Part shown: positions 55,253-64,000 of the stretch, one piece after another | Layout of the letters: each line of letters starts with the position of its first letter | How positions within the stretch are numbered: the first letter of the stretch is position 1 | NCBI GenBank assembly: GCA_022641095.1 | Contig: JALCDB010000001.1 | Span: 238,802 to 302,801, forward strand | DNA: 64,000 bases | Source of the DNA: Bacilli bacterium | Lineage (GTDB): Bacteria; Bacillota_I; Bacilli_A; RFN20; CAG-826 | Direction: 5' to 3' | Notes under the pieces: generated by a model | Seen by the model: the letters and a program-made list of their open reading frames with translations, nothing else | What the model was told of the DNA's origin: nothing | The model's database searches: none | Translations under genes and position numbers: made by a program

Positions 55253-56626
55253 CTATCTTAAAAAGTAGAAGGAACCGTATTCGGCGACCAAAGAACGCCA
55301 CGTAGCGAAATTCGTTTCGTCTGAAGAATAGGTTGCGGAATCGGAATAGCCGCTGACGGGGCAGAAGAAATTCAACCCACATGGTTTGGGATCGTCTTGG
55401 TAATGGCCTCCATAACTATCATGGATAACGTAATCGCCGAGCGCCGTTTCCACGTCAACGACCGAATCGATGCCGCCAAAAGTCGCATCCGCTTGCATAT
55501 CGTCGCACCATGAGCGGACGTCAAAGACATCGTAATAATATTTATATTTATCGTCGTAATAGCCAAATCGAAGCCCTTTATTGCACAGGGTCTTGAAGTC
55601 GATCCATTTAAAGGACGAATCAACGACGCCGCTAAGTTCGGCCGCCATCGCCTCCCAGGCGGATCTATAAGCCGAAGCCTTCGAAAGATCAAGAACCGAT
55701 AAGGTGGCATCGGAAGAACCAATTTGGGCGCATTTGGAGACAAAACCGTCGGCGATGCTTCCAAGGAGCGTCGGGGTATCGATCGAAACGTCGGTGGCGA
55801 TTTCGCTGAGCCAAGTGTCGTAATCCCAGCCCTCGCCAGGCTCAAGTTCTTGGCTAGCAACCATATAATCGAAATAATCGCTGTTGAAATCGGCGATATC
55901 CTGAACGCTCATAAGGCAACAATCATAGCCAATCCAATCGAGTTTCTCGGTTCGGCCCACGCTTTTAAAAGCCCTTCCGAGAGCGTTATGAACCTCGCTG
56001 TTGTAAAGCGAGTCATCATCGTAGTTATCATCGTAGCAACAACCGCCCATGGCTCCCCCGTGGTCCCAAAGGACGACGCCATAATGGTCGGCTGGATAAC
56101 TCTTAAGCCCCCATTCCATGAAATTCTGAAAAGTAAGTTCGCGCCCCATGTCGGCTTGACCCAATTGGGCGTCGCTCACAAGGCTTCCATCCTCGCAATG
56201 CCACCGCCCTATCCTTGTGTAGCTGATCCCGTAATCGGTTTCCCATTCCGTGCAACCGCCCGTCTCGATTATGACGTTGACGTCGTCAGGCAAATCGACG
56301 CTCAGCATCTCTTTGATGTTGGCCGTCGCCAAGCCGGTGTATTCGGGGGTTTCCCCATGAGGGGCATAATCGCTTTCGAGATTGCTGCCGCACATATAAA
56401 CCATGATCGTGTAGGCGCCCTTGGCGTGAACGGACGAGTTAGATGAGGACGAAACGCCAACCGGCGAACTTGAGGGATTTGCGCTGGAGGATTTGCCGGA
56501 CGACACAGAAGACGTTCCAGAATCAGAAGAGAGAAAAGAAGTGGGCGAAGACTCATTGAAGATAGAGAAACTGCAACCCGCCAATAAGCCCGACATAGCG
56601 AGTAAAACCAGTAATTTCTTTTTCAT
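55253..56626 (-). CDS. clostripain-family (C11) cysteine peptidase lipoprotein
   Basis: Lipobox: MKKKLLVLLAMSGLLAGCS. A Ser-rich linker follows. His/Cys dyad contexts: VLWDHGGAMGG and IGYDCCLMS. Confidence 0.8.
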   Translation of the reverse strand: MKKKLLVLLAMSGLLAGCSFSIFNESSPTSFLSSDSGTSSVSSGKSSSANPSSSPVGVSSSSNSSVHAKGAYTIMVYMCGSNLESDYAPHGETPEYTGLATANIKEMLSVDLPDDVNVIIETGGCTEWETDYGISYTRIGRWHCEDGSLVSDAQLGQADMGRELTFQNFMEWGLKSYPADHYGVVLWDHGGAMGGCCYDDNYDDDSLYNSEVHNALGRAFKSVGRTEKLDWIGYDCCLMSVQDIADFNSDYFDYMVASQELEPGEGWDYDTWLSEIATDVSIDTPTLLGSIADGFVSKCAQIGSSDATLSVLDLSKASAYRSAWEAMAAELSGVVDSSFKWIDFKTLCNKGLRFGYYDDKYKYYYDVFDVRSWCDDMQADATFGGIDSVVDVETALGDYVIHDSYGGHYQDDPKPCGLNFFCPVSGYSDSATYSSDETNFATWRSLVAEYGSFYFLR

Positions 56627-57129
56627 ATGCCATAAGGATGAAACAAAACCATTTCATTTTCACGCAAAAGCGAAACGTTCTTCAAAGAACGACGTTTTTG
56701 CCCGAAAACGAAACCGATTATGGAAGCCCCGCCAAGAATGTTTAAGTGAAAGACCAGTTGGCGAACAGCCTTCCACGTTTTGCTTAACGATAAGGCTTTG
56801 CTCAGTGGTCATTGACCGCTTTTTGGCCCCAATCCATTTTTTGGATTTTTGAATCGCATGACCAACTTGATTCGTTGTTGCCTAGCATAGGCGAGTTGAC
56901 ATATTTGAAACGAATTTTGGGAAGTCAGTTCCTACCAAGTTTCCAAAAACCTTCGAAAATAACTATAAACATTAAAAAAAGACTAGCATTTGCTTGTCGG
57001 TCTTTCGTTTTTTTCAGATGACTTTGTTAAACAACAAAAATACCATTTTTTGAGGTGGTTATTGTCATAAGAATGCTTAATTAAATAACTTGTAAAATCA
57101 ACAGTTTATGCTTTTATTTCGAGGTTAAA

Positions 57130-57560
57130 CTATGAGAAAGAAAAGTCATATCTAGAAACGCACCAGATAAATGCCATCCATTAGTTAAATCTTTATCGCT
57201 TTTATCATGGATAGTTCTAATTAAAAATAATTCTCCGAACAAACCAATAGCATTAAGTTAACTTTCTCCTTTTGGGAGTTGAAACAAATCAATAATTCCA
57301 AGCATAAAATCATTAAAAGATACGTTTCCTTCCTTGACATAAGCTCTGCACAAAGCAATATAACCGATTATTAGATTATTCTAAAAAGTTATTAAAACCA
57401 AGAAGTCAAAATGACCTTCCTTAAATGAAGAATCGTTTGCTACTGACTTAAGATTTACGTACGGAAAACAATCCAGCATCGATGTAGCAAGGTTTTTCCA
57501 CTACTATTTTCTGAAAGCTTTGCAAAAATTAGTTTTTTCAAAAAACTGTTTTTCTCATCA
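57130..57560 (-). pseudogene. decayed ORF remnant, possibly a PD-(D/E)XK (DUF4420-like) protein
   Basis: The minus frame reads ...FKEGHFDFLVLITF*NNLIIGYIALCRAYVKEGNVSFNDFMLGIIDLFQLPKGES*LNAIGLFGELFLIRTIHDK...GWHLSGAFLDM, with in-frame TAG and TAA. Confidence 0.25.
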
Positions 57561-57669
57561 ACTTTTCAATAAGGAAAGTTCTATATCCACGATAATTCTT
57601 CATTTGTTTAATTTTATTAACTTCACGTAGACTTATTTTTATATTTATAATTGTTTATATTTTTAAAAC

Positions 57670-58059
57670 CTATAAGCAAAGGCAAATTATCGAGATACAT
57701 ATTGCAATTATAGATAAAATGGTTGAAAAGAGGATTCCTATTTTATTACGAAAACCTGAAAAATGCTCGAAAATATCTTTTGGAAATATAACAACATTTT
57801 TATGAAGATTTGTTGCTTTAAAGTCCGAAATTAAAATATAACGGTCAATTTTTTCCAAATCTTTTTCTTTGATCAAAGCTTTATCGATTCCCCAAAAGTA
57901 ATCGTTAGTAATATCTTCACTAATTCTGCTTATTTTCGCCTTTTTTAAATACTTATTTAATATAGTAAATTCTTTTATTGTCATGTGCTTCCTTTCGAAT
58001 TTCTCATAAACTATGTTCCAACAAATAGTCAGTATCAAAGATACCTCCTTTGTTATCAT
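57670..58059 (-). CDS. hypothetical protein with a C-terminal TM helix
   Basis: 129-aa ORF in the AT-rich islet, with the C-terminal helix GILFSTILSIIAICISIICLCL. The start is uncertain (internal M26). Confidence 0.35.
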   Translation of the reverse strand: MITKEVSLILTICWNIVYEKFERKHMTIKEFTILNKYLKKAKISRISEDITNDYFWGIDKALIKEKDLEKIDRYILISDFKATNLHKNVVIFPKDIFEHFSGFRNKIGILFSTILSIIAICISIICLCL

Positions 58060-58200
58060 TGCAATATTTCCTTAGCGATTCCATGTCTGTTGAACGCATT
58101 TTTTATCTTCTTTTTTAATATACCATAAAAAAACGAGACATTGCCTCATTTATTTACCAATTATTATTTTGAATAATACCAGATTTATTCTATGTTTTTA

Positions 58201-58232
58201 AAAAAAGACATTCCGTTTTTTTACAGAATGTC
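58201..58232 (-). terminator. terminator of the tRNA-Leu/tRNA-Arg transcription unit
   Basis: GACATTC (58207-58213) pairs with GAATGTC (58226-58232). The minus strand then continues with a T6 run. Confidence 0.5.
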
Positions 58233-58245
58233 TCATTTTTCCAAT

Positions 58246-58322
58246 TGGTGCGCCCGAGGCGATTCGAACGCCTGACCCCAACCTTCGGAGGGTTGTACTC
58301 TATCCAACTGAGCTACGAGCGC
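58246..58322 (-). tRNA. tRNA-Arg (anticodon CCG), encoded CCA
   Basis: The reverse complement reads GCGCTCGTAGCTCAGTTGGATAGAGTACAACCCTCCGAAGGTTGGGGTCAGGCGTTCGAATCGCCTCGGGCGCACCA, with anticodon loop CUCCGAA. Confidence 0.9.
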
Positions 58323-58331
58323 ATATGGAGT

Positions 58332-58416
58332 TGGTGCACTGGATGAGAGTTGAACTCATACCCCTTGCGGGACTAGCTCCTGAAACTAGCGCGTATACCA
58401 ATTCCGCCACCAGTGC
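58332..58416 (-). tRNA. tRNA-Leu (anticodon CAG), type II, encoded CCA
   Basis: The reverse complement reads GCACTGGTGGCGGAATTGGTATACGCGCTAGTTTCAGGAGCTAGTCCCGCAAGGGGTATGAGTTCAACTCTCATCCAGTGCACCA, with anticodon loop UUCAGGA. Confidence 0.9.
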
Positions 58417-58435
58417 ACGACTTAGTAATATAACC

Positions 58436-59377
58436 TCACTGAGCCAAAAAGTCGAATGTTGCTTTCATGACCTTTGGATCGAAATCGGTGGCTTTGTATA
58501 GATCCATCGCAAGGGCGGGGTCGCCATTAATTTTGCCAAGGCCTTGCTTAAGCAGGCCGCTGACGTAATCGGAAGCCGCTTGCGAGCGGTCGACGTTATG
58601 ATCGCGGTCGGGCAGGAAAAGGAACGAGAAATTCTTTCTGCCTCCATAGCGTTTTTTGAGGATCTCGCCACTGAAGGCGGGAATGACGACGTCATCTTTT
58701 GAGCCCTGGAGATAGAGGATCCGCGCCTCGCTTTCGTCGAGGCTTGGCAAAGCGGAAGTGACCGGCGTTTTCTCGACGAAGCGGGAATGAAGGCGAAAGA
58801 GCCAAAGGACAATGGGGTTTTGCAGCCGTTTGTCGAATGAGGAATATTCGTAAGTTTCGTCGATGAAACCCGATAACGAAACGACTTTCTCGACGCGGTA
58901 AGCCGGATCGGCGCTGAGCAAAGCCGCGTATCCGCCCCACGAATGACCCCATGAATATCGGCTCAGTCCCTGGGCCTTGGGATCCTTGTCAAGGAAAGCG
59001 TAAAAGGCTTTGACGTCATTGTAGACGTGGGCCAAGCCGTAGCATCGGTCGCCCTCGCTCCGCATACTGCCCGTGTAATCGAACGCATAGACAAGATAAC
59101 CGCGGTTCGCGAACTCGCAAATGCTGCGCATATAGGCGTTGCGCCCCGCGCTGATGCCATGGAAGACGACCACCAAAGCCTTATAGGGGCCAGGGCCCGA
59201 AAAGTAACGGGAACCATCGAGGTTCCACTTTCTCGAGCGGAAGGAAAAACGCTCCTCGCTCACCTTGAAATCGGAGGCGGAGAAATAGGGAAAAGCCGGA
59301 TTGCCGTCCCATCGATGGCCCGCCTGCTTATAAATGAGCCTCTTGAAAACGAGGAACGCGATGAGAAGGGTGATCAT
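58436..59377 (-). CDS. alpha/beta hydrolase (S9/prolyl-oligopeptidase-like serine hydrolase)
   Basis: N-terminal TM, nucleophile elbow GHSWGG, and LQGSKDDVV...DRDHN for the acid/His region. It has a 4-nt overlap with the GH3 gene. Confidence 0.8.
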   Translation of the reverse strand: MITLLIAFLVFKRLIYKQAGHRWDGNPAFPYFSASDFKVSEERFSFRSRKWNLDGSRYFSGPGPYKALVVVFHGISAGRNAYMRSICEFANRGYLVYAFDYTGSMRSEGDRCYGLAHVYNDVKAFYAFLDKDPKAQGLSRYSWGHSWGGYAALLSADPAYRVEKVVSLSGFIDETYEYSSFDKRLQNPIVLWLFRLHSRFVEKTPVTSALPSLDESEARILYLQGSKDDVVIPAFSGEILKKRYGGRKNFSFLFLPDRDHNVDRSQAASDYVSGLLKQGLGKINGDPALAMDLYKATDFDPKVMKATFDFLAQ

Positions 59378-61791
59378 TTTAAATGCCAGAACATAATGTC
59401 ATAAAGGGCCTTAATGGGTTTACGATTGGCCAGGTCGACGATCGTCACGGCGACTTTCGGACGAAGCCCGGCCATCGTCACGCAATGGATCGGCGAATCG
59501 AGAGCCATGTCGGTGAGTTGCTTTTCCTGCTGTTTGGACATCGCCTTTTGGGCGATATTGGTCTTGACGATCTTGACGATAAGCCGCCCGATCCAAGTCT
59601 CTGAGATGTCGCGGAAGGAATTCGAAACCGTGAAATACTTCCGCTTTCTCAGACTTGGATACTCGATGGGGTAACCAAGCAGATTCTCGAACTCGCTGTC
59701 GCTGATGAAGAAAACGTTCCGGTTACGAAGGTTGTAATAACTCGGGAGCTGCGCTTTTCTGTCGATCCCCCTAAACGCCGATCTGACCGAGACTAGGGAG
59801 GATAGAAGAATATTCTCGCACGAAGCGCCGATCTCGATTTGATAATCGCCCCCCTCCACTTCGTAACGATCCAGGGTTTGCTCATAATGGGCGAAGTCAT
59901 GAAAAGAGAGGGATAGCTTAACTGTCTGGGACTTGCCGGGCTTAAGGCTCACCTTCTTGAAACCTCGCAGTTCGCGAAGCGGCTTCAGGGTTCTCGAAGC
60001 CAACGCGCGAATGTAAATCTGGGCAGTTTCCTCCCCGGCGCGGGAGCCGACATTCGTGACCTTGAAGGAAATAGAAAGGCTTCCCCGACCCGAGATGAGG
60101 GAAGGGGCGACCTTCAATTCGCTATAGGCGAAACTCGTGTAGGAGAGGCCGAAGCCAAACGGGAAAAGGACCTCGCGGTTGGCAGAGAGGAAATAGCGGT
60201 AGCCAACGAAGATGCTTTCCTTGTAAAGCGAGTTGTCGCCCGAAAGAGGAAAGGTGTCTTTGCTGGGAACGTCGTAATAGTGGACGGGCCACGTCTCGGC
60301 CAGTTTGCCCGAGGGATTGGCCGCGCCCGTCAAGATATCGTAAAGGGCGGGCCCGCAAGCCGAACCAGCCAAATAAGCGAGGACGATGGCTTTGCATTTC
60401 TTTGCGAAAGGAAGTTCCACGGGAACCCCCGTCGAAATAACGACGACGATGTTGGGGTTGACTTTCTCGATGGCGTTAAAGAGATCGATTTGCTCATCTG
60501 GCAAAAGCATGTTCGTCCGATCGAACCCTTCGGCTTCATACTCCGGGGGCAAGCCAAGGAAAAGGATGACTTTCTTGTGCGAATGCGCCAGATCGAGGGC
60601 TTCTAGGGCCAAAGCCTGAGGGTTGCCGTCTTTCTCATGGAGACGATATCCGGGCGCATAGGCGACTTTCTCGCCTTCGTTCCGGCCCTCGTTGACGGAA
60701 GAAAGGAAACTCACGAGTCGCGATGGGTTCATTTGGGATGAGCCAGCGCCTTGGTAGCGCGGCGTTTCCGCCATCGCTCCGATGATGCAACAGTCGTCTT
60801 TGGCCGATATGGGCAAAACGCCGTCCTCGTTCTTAAGAAGGACGATGCTCTTTTCGGCGGCTTCCCTTGCCACCTCAAAAGCCTTTTCCTCATTCCACGC
60901 GAAGCCTGGGTCGGCTTTGTGCTGGCACTTGAGGGAAAGGGCCACCACCCTTTCGGCCTCCTCATCCACTATGCTGGCGGATAGTTTTCCTTTTTTGACC
61001 GCGTTCGCGATCGCTTTGGCGTACTTATCGAAACACGGCATTTCGACGTCAAGCCCAGAGGCATGGCTGTAAATACTGTTGTTCGTCGCCCCCCAATCGG
61101 ACATCACCAGCCCTTCGAATCCCCACTCTTTTCGCAAAACGTCCGTCAGAAGCCAACGGTTGTCCGAGGAATAAACGCCATGGATTTTGTTGTAGGAGCA
61201 CATGATGGTCCACGGCTGCGCCTCTTTGACCGCGATTTCAAAAGGTTTAAGGTAAATCTCGCGCATCGCCCGCATATCGCACACCGCGCTGTAGGTGAAA
61301 CGGCGAGTCTCCTGGTTGTTGAGGGCAAAATGCTTAAGCGAAACGCCAACGCCCTGCCCTTGACAGCCAACGATGAATCCGGCGGCCATTTCCCCGGCGA
61401 GCAAAGGATCTTCGCTCAGGTATTCGAAATTGCGGCCGCAAAGGGGATTTCGCTTGATGTTGACGCCCGGGGCCAAAATGACATCCGTGCCATTGGCGAT
61501 GCAATCGCGGGCGATCGCTTGGCCGACTTTAGCCTCGAGAGCGGGATCCCAAGAACAAGCGAGAAGGCATGGGGCCGGATAGCAGATGGCCGGAGCGGCC
61601 GGTTTCAAAGTGTCGGGTTCGTCTTCGCTGACTTTCCTTAACCCAAGCGGCCCATCGTGGACCACGACGGGTTTCACGCCATATTTGGCGATGCCCCGAA
61701 TCCGCCAACTGCCATCCCCATAGAGCAAAGAGGCTTTCTCACGGAGACTCATTTTCGAAACGATTTCTTTGGCTTGATCTTTGACGCTCAT
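59374..61791 (-). CDS. GH3 beta-glucosidase (BglX-like) with a C-terminal FnIII-like domain
   Basis: MSLREKASLL, GVNIKRNPLCGRNFEY, MCSYNKIHG and VMSDWGAT (nucleophile Asp context). Confidence 0.9.
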   Translation of the reverse strand: MSVKDQAKEIVSKMSLREKASLLYGDGSWRIRGIAKYGVKPVVVHDGPLGLRKVSEDEPDTLKPAAPAICYPAPCLLACSWDPALEAKVGQAIARDCIANGTDVILAPGVNIKRNPLCGRNFEYLSEDPLLAGEMAAGFIVGCQGQGVGVSLKHFALNNQETRRFTYSAVCDMRAMREIYLKPFEIAVKEAQPWTIMCSYNKIHGVYSSDNRWLLTDVLRKEWGFEGLVMSDWGATNNSIYSHASGLDVEMPCFDKYAKAIANAVKKGKLSASIVDEEAERVVALSLKCQHKADPGFAWNEEKAFEVAREAAEKSIVLLKNEDGVLPISAKDDCCIIGAMAETPRYQGAGSSQMNPSRLVSFLSSVNEGRNEGEKVAYAPGYRLHEKDGNPQALALEALDLAHSHKKVILFLGLPPEYEAEGFDRTNMLLPDEQIDLFNAIEKVNPNIVVVISTGVPVELPFAKKCKAIVLAYLAGSACGPALYDILTGAANPSGKLAETWPVHYYDVPSKDTFPLSGDNSLYKESIFVGYRYFLSANREVLFPFGFGLSYTSFAYSELKVAPSLISGRGSLSISFKVTNVGSRAGEETAQIYIRALASRTLKPLRELRGFKKVSLKPGKSQTVKLSLSFHDFAHYEQTLDRYEVEGGDYQIEIGASCENILLSSLVSVRSAFRGIDRKAQLPSYYNLRNRNVFFISDSEFENLLGYPIEYPSLRKRKYFTVSNSFRDISETWIGRLIVKIVKTNIAQKAMSKQQEKQLTDMALDSPIHCVTMAGLRPKVAVTIVDLANRKPIKALYDIMFWHLK

Positions 61792-61905
61792 AGGTCCCTC
61801 CTGGAGACGAAAAACCGACGATAGCGGACGATTAAGGTATCTTTATAAATAATATTAACCTCATTGGCGGATTTCTTCTATGGGTGAAAGCATTATAATG
61901 TTTCC

Positions 61906-62397
61906 ATGCGCAAAATCATTTTCTTGGCCGGCGGTTGCTTTTGGGGAGTCGAAGCTTATTTTCAGAAACTGAAGGGCGTCACGAACACCGAAGTGGGCTA
62001 TTGCAACGGCAACGTCGCTTTCCCGAAATACGAGGACCTCAAAACCGGCAAAGCCACCCATGCCGAAACGGTCAAAATCGAATATGAGGACTCCGTCATC
62101 TCCCTCTCTGGGCTTTTAGAGCATTATCTTCGGTTCGTCGATCCTTATTCCGTCGATAGGCAAGGGGAAGACGAGGGCCGTCAATACCGAAGCGGCATCT
62201 ATTACAATGACGTTCTCGACGGCGTCGAGGCGGTTTCCTACCTATCGTCCCATCTGAAGCCAGGCTGGAAAATCGAAGTTCAGATGATGCGGAACTTCTA
62301 TCCGGCCGAGGAACGCCATCAGCATTATCTATCCAAGAACCCGGGTGGCTATTGCCACGTTAACCTCGATCTCATCAAGCCGAGCGAAAAGAAGTAG
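61906..62397 (+). CDS. msrA: peptide-methionine (S)-S-oxide reductase
   Basis: The active site GGCFWGVEAYF and overall MsrA collinearity. Confidence 0.95.
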   Translation: MRKIIFLAGGCFWGVEAYFQKLKGVTNTEVGYCNGNVAFPKYEDLKTGKATHAETVKIEYEDSVISLSGLLEHYLRFVDPYSVDRQGEDEGRQYRSGIYYNDVLDGVEAVSYLSSHLKPGWKIEVQMMRNFYPAEERHQHYLSKNPGGYCHVNLDLIKPSEKK

Positions 62398-62422
62398 CCA
62401 GGCGCCAAACCCCTTCCTCGCC

Positions 62423-63733
62423 TTATTCCGCGAGGGATTTCGGCGCGCTCGTCCGACTATCGTAAAGCCGCCTTTTCTTCAAATCGTAAACAGCCTCAAC
62501 CGCGAAATGAAGACGCGTCAGGGCCTCTTTTTTGTTGATAAGCCACGCGAAGAAGGTGCGCTCCGTGTTGGCGATGTCGATGGCGGACCCCGCTTGTTTC
62601 GCGTGGTTCTTGAAGAAGTACTCGATGTGGATCGAAGGCATGTCCGCGGTTTTTCGTTCAAAGAAAAGAGTCTTGCTTCCATCCTCGTGCGTCTCGATAA
62701 GCCGTATCCCTTCGTAATCGTGGACAAGATGCATTTTGCCGACGGGAACGAAACCGATCTTCGGTTTGAAGAGTTCCTCCACCATAACGTCATCCTCGAA
62801 TTTGTATTTTCCTGAAGCGACTTCCTTTTGAACCTCGCTCCTCTCCCAGCGATACCAATCGGGAACCGACGTGAACTTCGTTTCGCCGCCCCGATTCTTG
62901 AGAACGCCATAAACGTCCATATCGTAAGTGGCTCCGCAATGGCGGCAGGTAATGGACGTCCCTTTGCCTTCCATCTCGTATTCCTTCCCGCAATGCGGGC
63001 ACCGATAAAGGATCTTATGGATATTGTCCATCGTGTGCTTGCTCGTCACTTTGAAGCCTTCGATGCGCTGATACTCGTAATCGTTATAGACGAACTTGCG
63101 TTCGATGCGCTTTTGGATTTCGTCGGACGAAAGGCCACTGGCCTCCTCGCGAGTCACGATTTGCTCGAAACTCGAACGCAACGGGATACGCCGATATGGC
63201 TTTTTGGACCATTGCGGCGAACGGATGAAATGCCCATGGTTGATCATGACGACGCATGGCACTTTGCACGTCTTGATCAGGCGCCCAAGCGCGGGATCGA
63301 CGCGTTCGTTGATGCCAGCCAGAGAAAAGCGGGCTTCCGTGTAAATGTAAAGGATACGTTTGCGTTTCATCATCCACATAACGTGCTCGACAAGCGAAAG
63401 GTCAGTCGTGAATTTGCGCTTCGGAAAGCAACCCACGTTGCGCATAAGCCATTCGCTGCGATTGAACTCCTCAATGGAGCAGATCCAGTTAGGGCGATGC
63501 GGGAAAGAAGCCTTCACCGCCACCTGAAAATCAGCGAACGAGGCGTGTGAACTGATGACGATATAGGGGCGTTTCAGACCTTTGCAATTGATTTTCTTGA
63601 TACGCGAGTTGCTCAGCAAAAACGGAGTGTAAGAACCGCCGAGCATAAGAGGCACGAGAATGGGATTGGCCTTCCTCGGCTTCCGATCCATATCCATCCT
63701 CGGATACGGCGGCTCTTCAAAAAGATTGTCCAT
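62423..63733 (-). CDS. lysophospholipid (PlsC-type) acyltransferase family protein with an internal Zn-ribbon
   Basis: H(x)4D motif: SHASFADF. Zn-ribbon: CPHCGKEYEMEGKGTSITCRHCGATY. Confidence 0.75.
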   Translation of the reverse strand: MDNLFEEPPYPRMDMDRKPRKANPILVPLMLGGSYTPFLLSNSRIKKINCKGLKRPYIVISSHASFADFQVAVKASFPHRPNWICSIEEFNRSEWLMRNVGCFPKRKFTTDLSLVEHVMWMMKRKRILYIYTEARFSLAGINERVDPALGRLIKTCKVPCVVMINHGHFIRSPQWSKKPYRRIPLRSSFEQIVTREEASGLSSDEIQKRIERKFVYNDYEYQRIEGFKVTSKHTMDNIHKILYRCPHCGKEYEMEGKGTSITCRHCGATYDMDVYGVLKNRGGETKFTSVPDWYRWERSEVQKEVASGKYKFEDDVMVEELFKPKIGFVPVGKMHLVHDYEGIRLIETHEDGSKTLFFERKTADMPSIHIEYFFKNHAKQAGSAIDIANTERTFFAWLINKKEALTRLHFAVEAVYDLKKRRLYDSRTSAPKSLAE

Positions 63734-63932
63734 ATATCGCGTATTTTAACCTAAAACCAAGAAAAACGACACAAGTGAGACAATTATTCATTTACGCAAT
63801 AAACGACTTTTTCGGCAAAAACCCCAAAATGGCGACATTTTTCGGACTTTTTTCATCAAAGATCTTTGGAAACGTCAATCGTTCAACCCCGTTTTTTCTG
63901 ACCCATGTCCTTTTATAATCGAAAAAAGACGG

Positions 63933-63958
63933 GGCTGGACCCGTCTGATTATCGACTA
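63933..63958 (-). terminator. hairpin plus T-run after the truncated right-edge gene
   Basis: The minus strand reads GACGGG-tccagc-CCCGTC followed by TTTTTT. Confidence 0.5.
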
Positions 63959-64000
63959 GTCCTCCAAGGATTTTCCTGAGGCCGAAGCGGACGCCAACGA
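63956..64000 (-). CDS. 3' end of an unidentified gene entering from the right edge
   Basis: The minus frame ...SLASASASGKSLED ends at TAG (63958-63956), followed by a terminator. The segment is too short to identify. Confidence 0.3.
   Translation of the reverse strand, partial: SLASASASGKSLED

Overview
This 64-kb chromosomal window looks like a Gram-positive or Mollicutes-related (Firmicutes/Tenericutes-type) organism. The evidence is many lipoproteins with L-x-x-C lipoboxes, a T-box leader, and a Mycoplasma-style extra-long MalK. Core genes are visibly GC-rich and their antisense strands carry long shadow ORFs.

Core content, left to right:
- a frameshifted cardiolipin synthase
- a TetR + lipoprotein + ABC-2 exporter operon
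- a PhnCDEE-type ABC importer with an unusual binding protein
- surface lipoproteins and a LacI-controlled starch/maltodextrin locus (GH13 enzyme, MalEFG-like transporter, long MalK)
- a GntR/FadR-controlled flavin/2Fe-2S oxidoreductase pair
- a T-box-controlled polar amino-acid ABC importer
- an OpuC-type osmoprotectant importer
- araBDA with a PocR/AraC regulator
- peptidases (M20, C11), a GH3 beta-glucosidase, msrA and an acyltransferase
- three tRNAs: Leu-CAA, Arg-CCG and Leu-CAG

The accessory part is an AT-rich, heavily decayed integrated-element region of about 10.4 kb (about 12.65-23.09 kb) that ends at tRNA-Leu(CAA).
- It carries two extra partial copies of the tRNA 3' half (tandem att scars) and no recognisable integrase.
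- It holds many pseudogenes: a COG1373 ATPase, metK, an LL-H-like holin and an aldo-keto reductase fragment.
- An intact lipoprotein + streptopain-like cysteine protease cassette survives, as do a small orphan PD-(D/E)XK protein and an HNH nuclease.
- It also contains a GC-rich, purine-skewed, ORF-less segment of about 480 nt with nested long-range complementarity. I consider this the best candidate for an undescribed or unannotated large structured RNA.

Several core genes (cls, the malE-like gene, a pgsA-like gene, one lipoprotein start) are broken by single-base indels in short homopolymer runs. This could be assembly error or real decay/phase variation and needs read-level checking.

All calls rest on reading the translations and motifs by eye. 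No database search was run.
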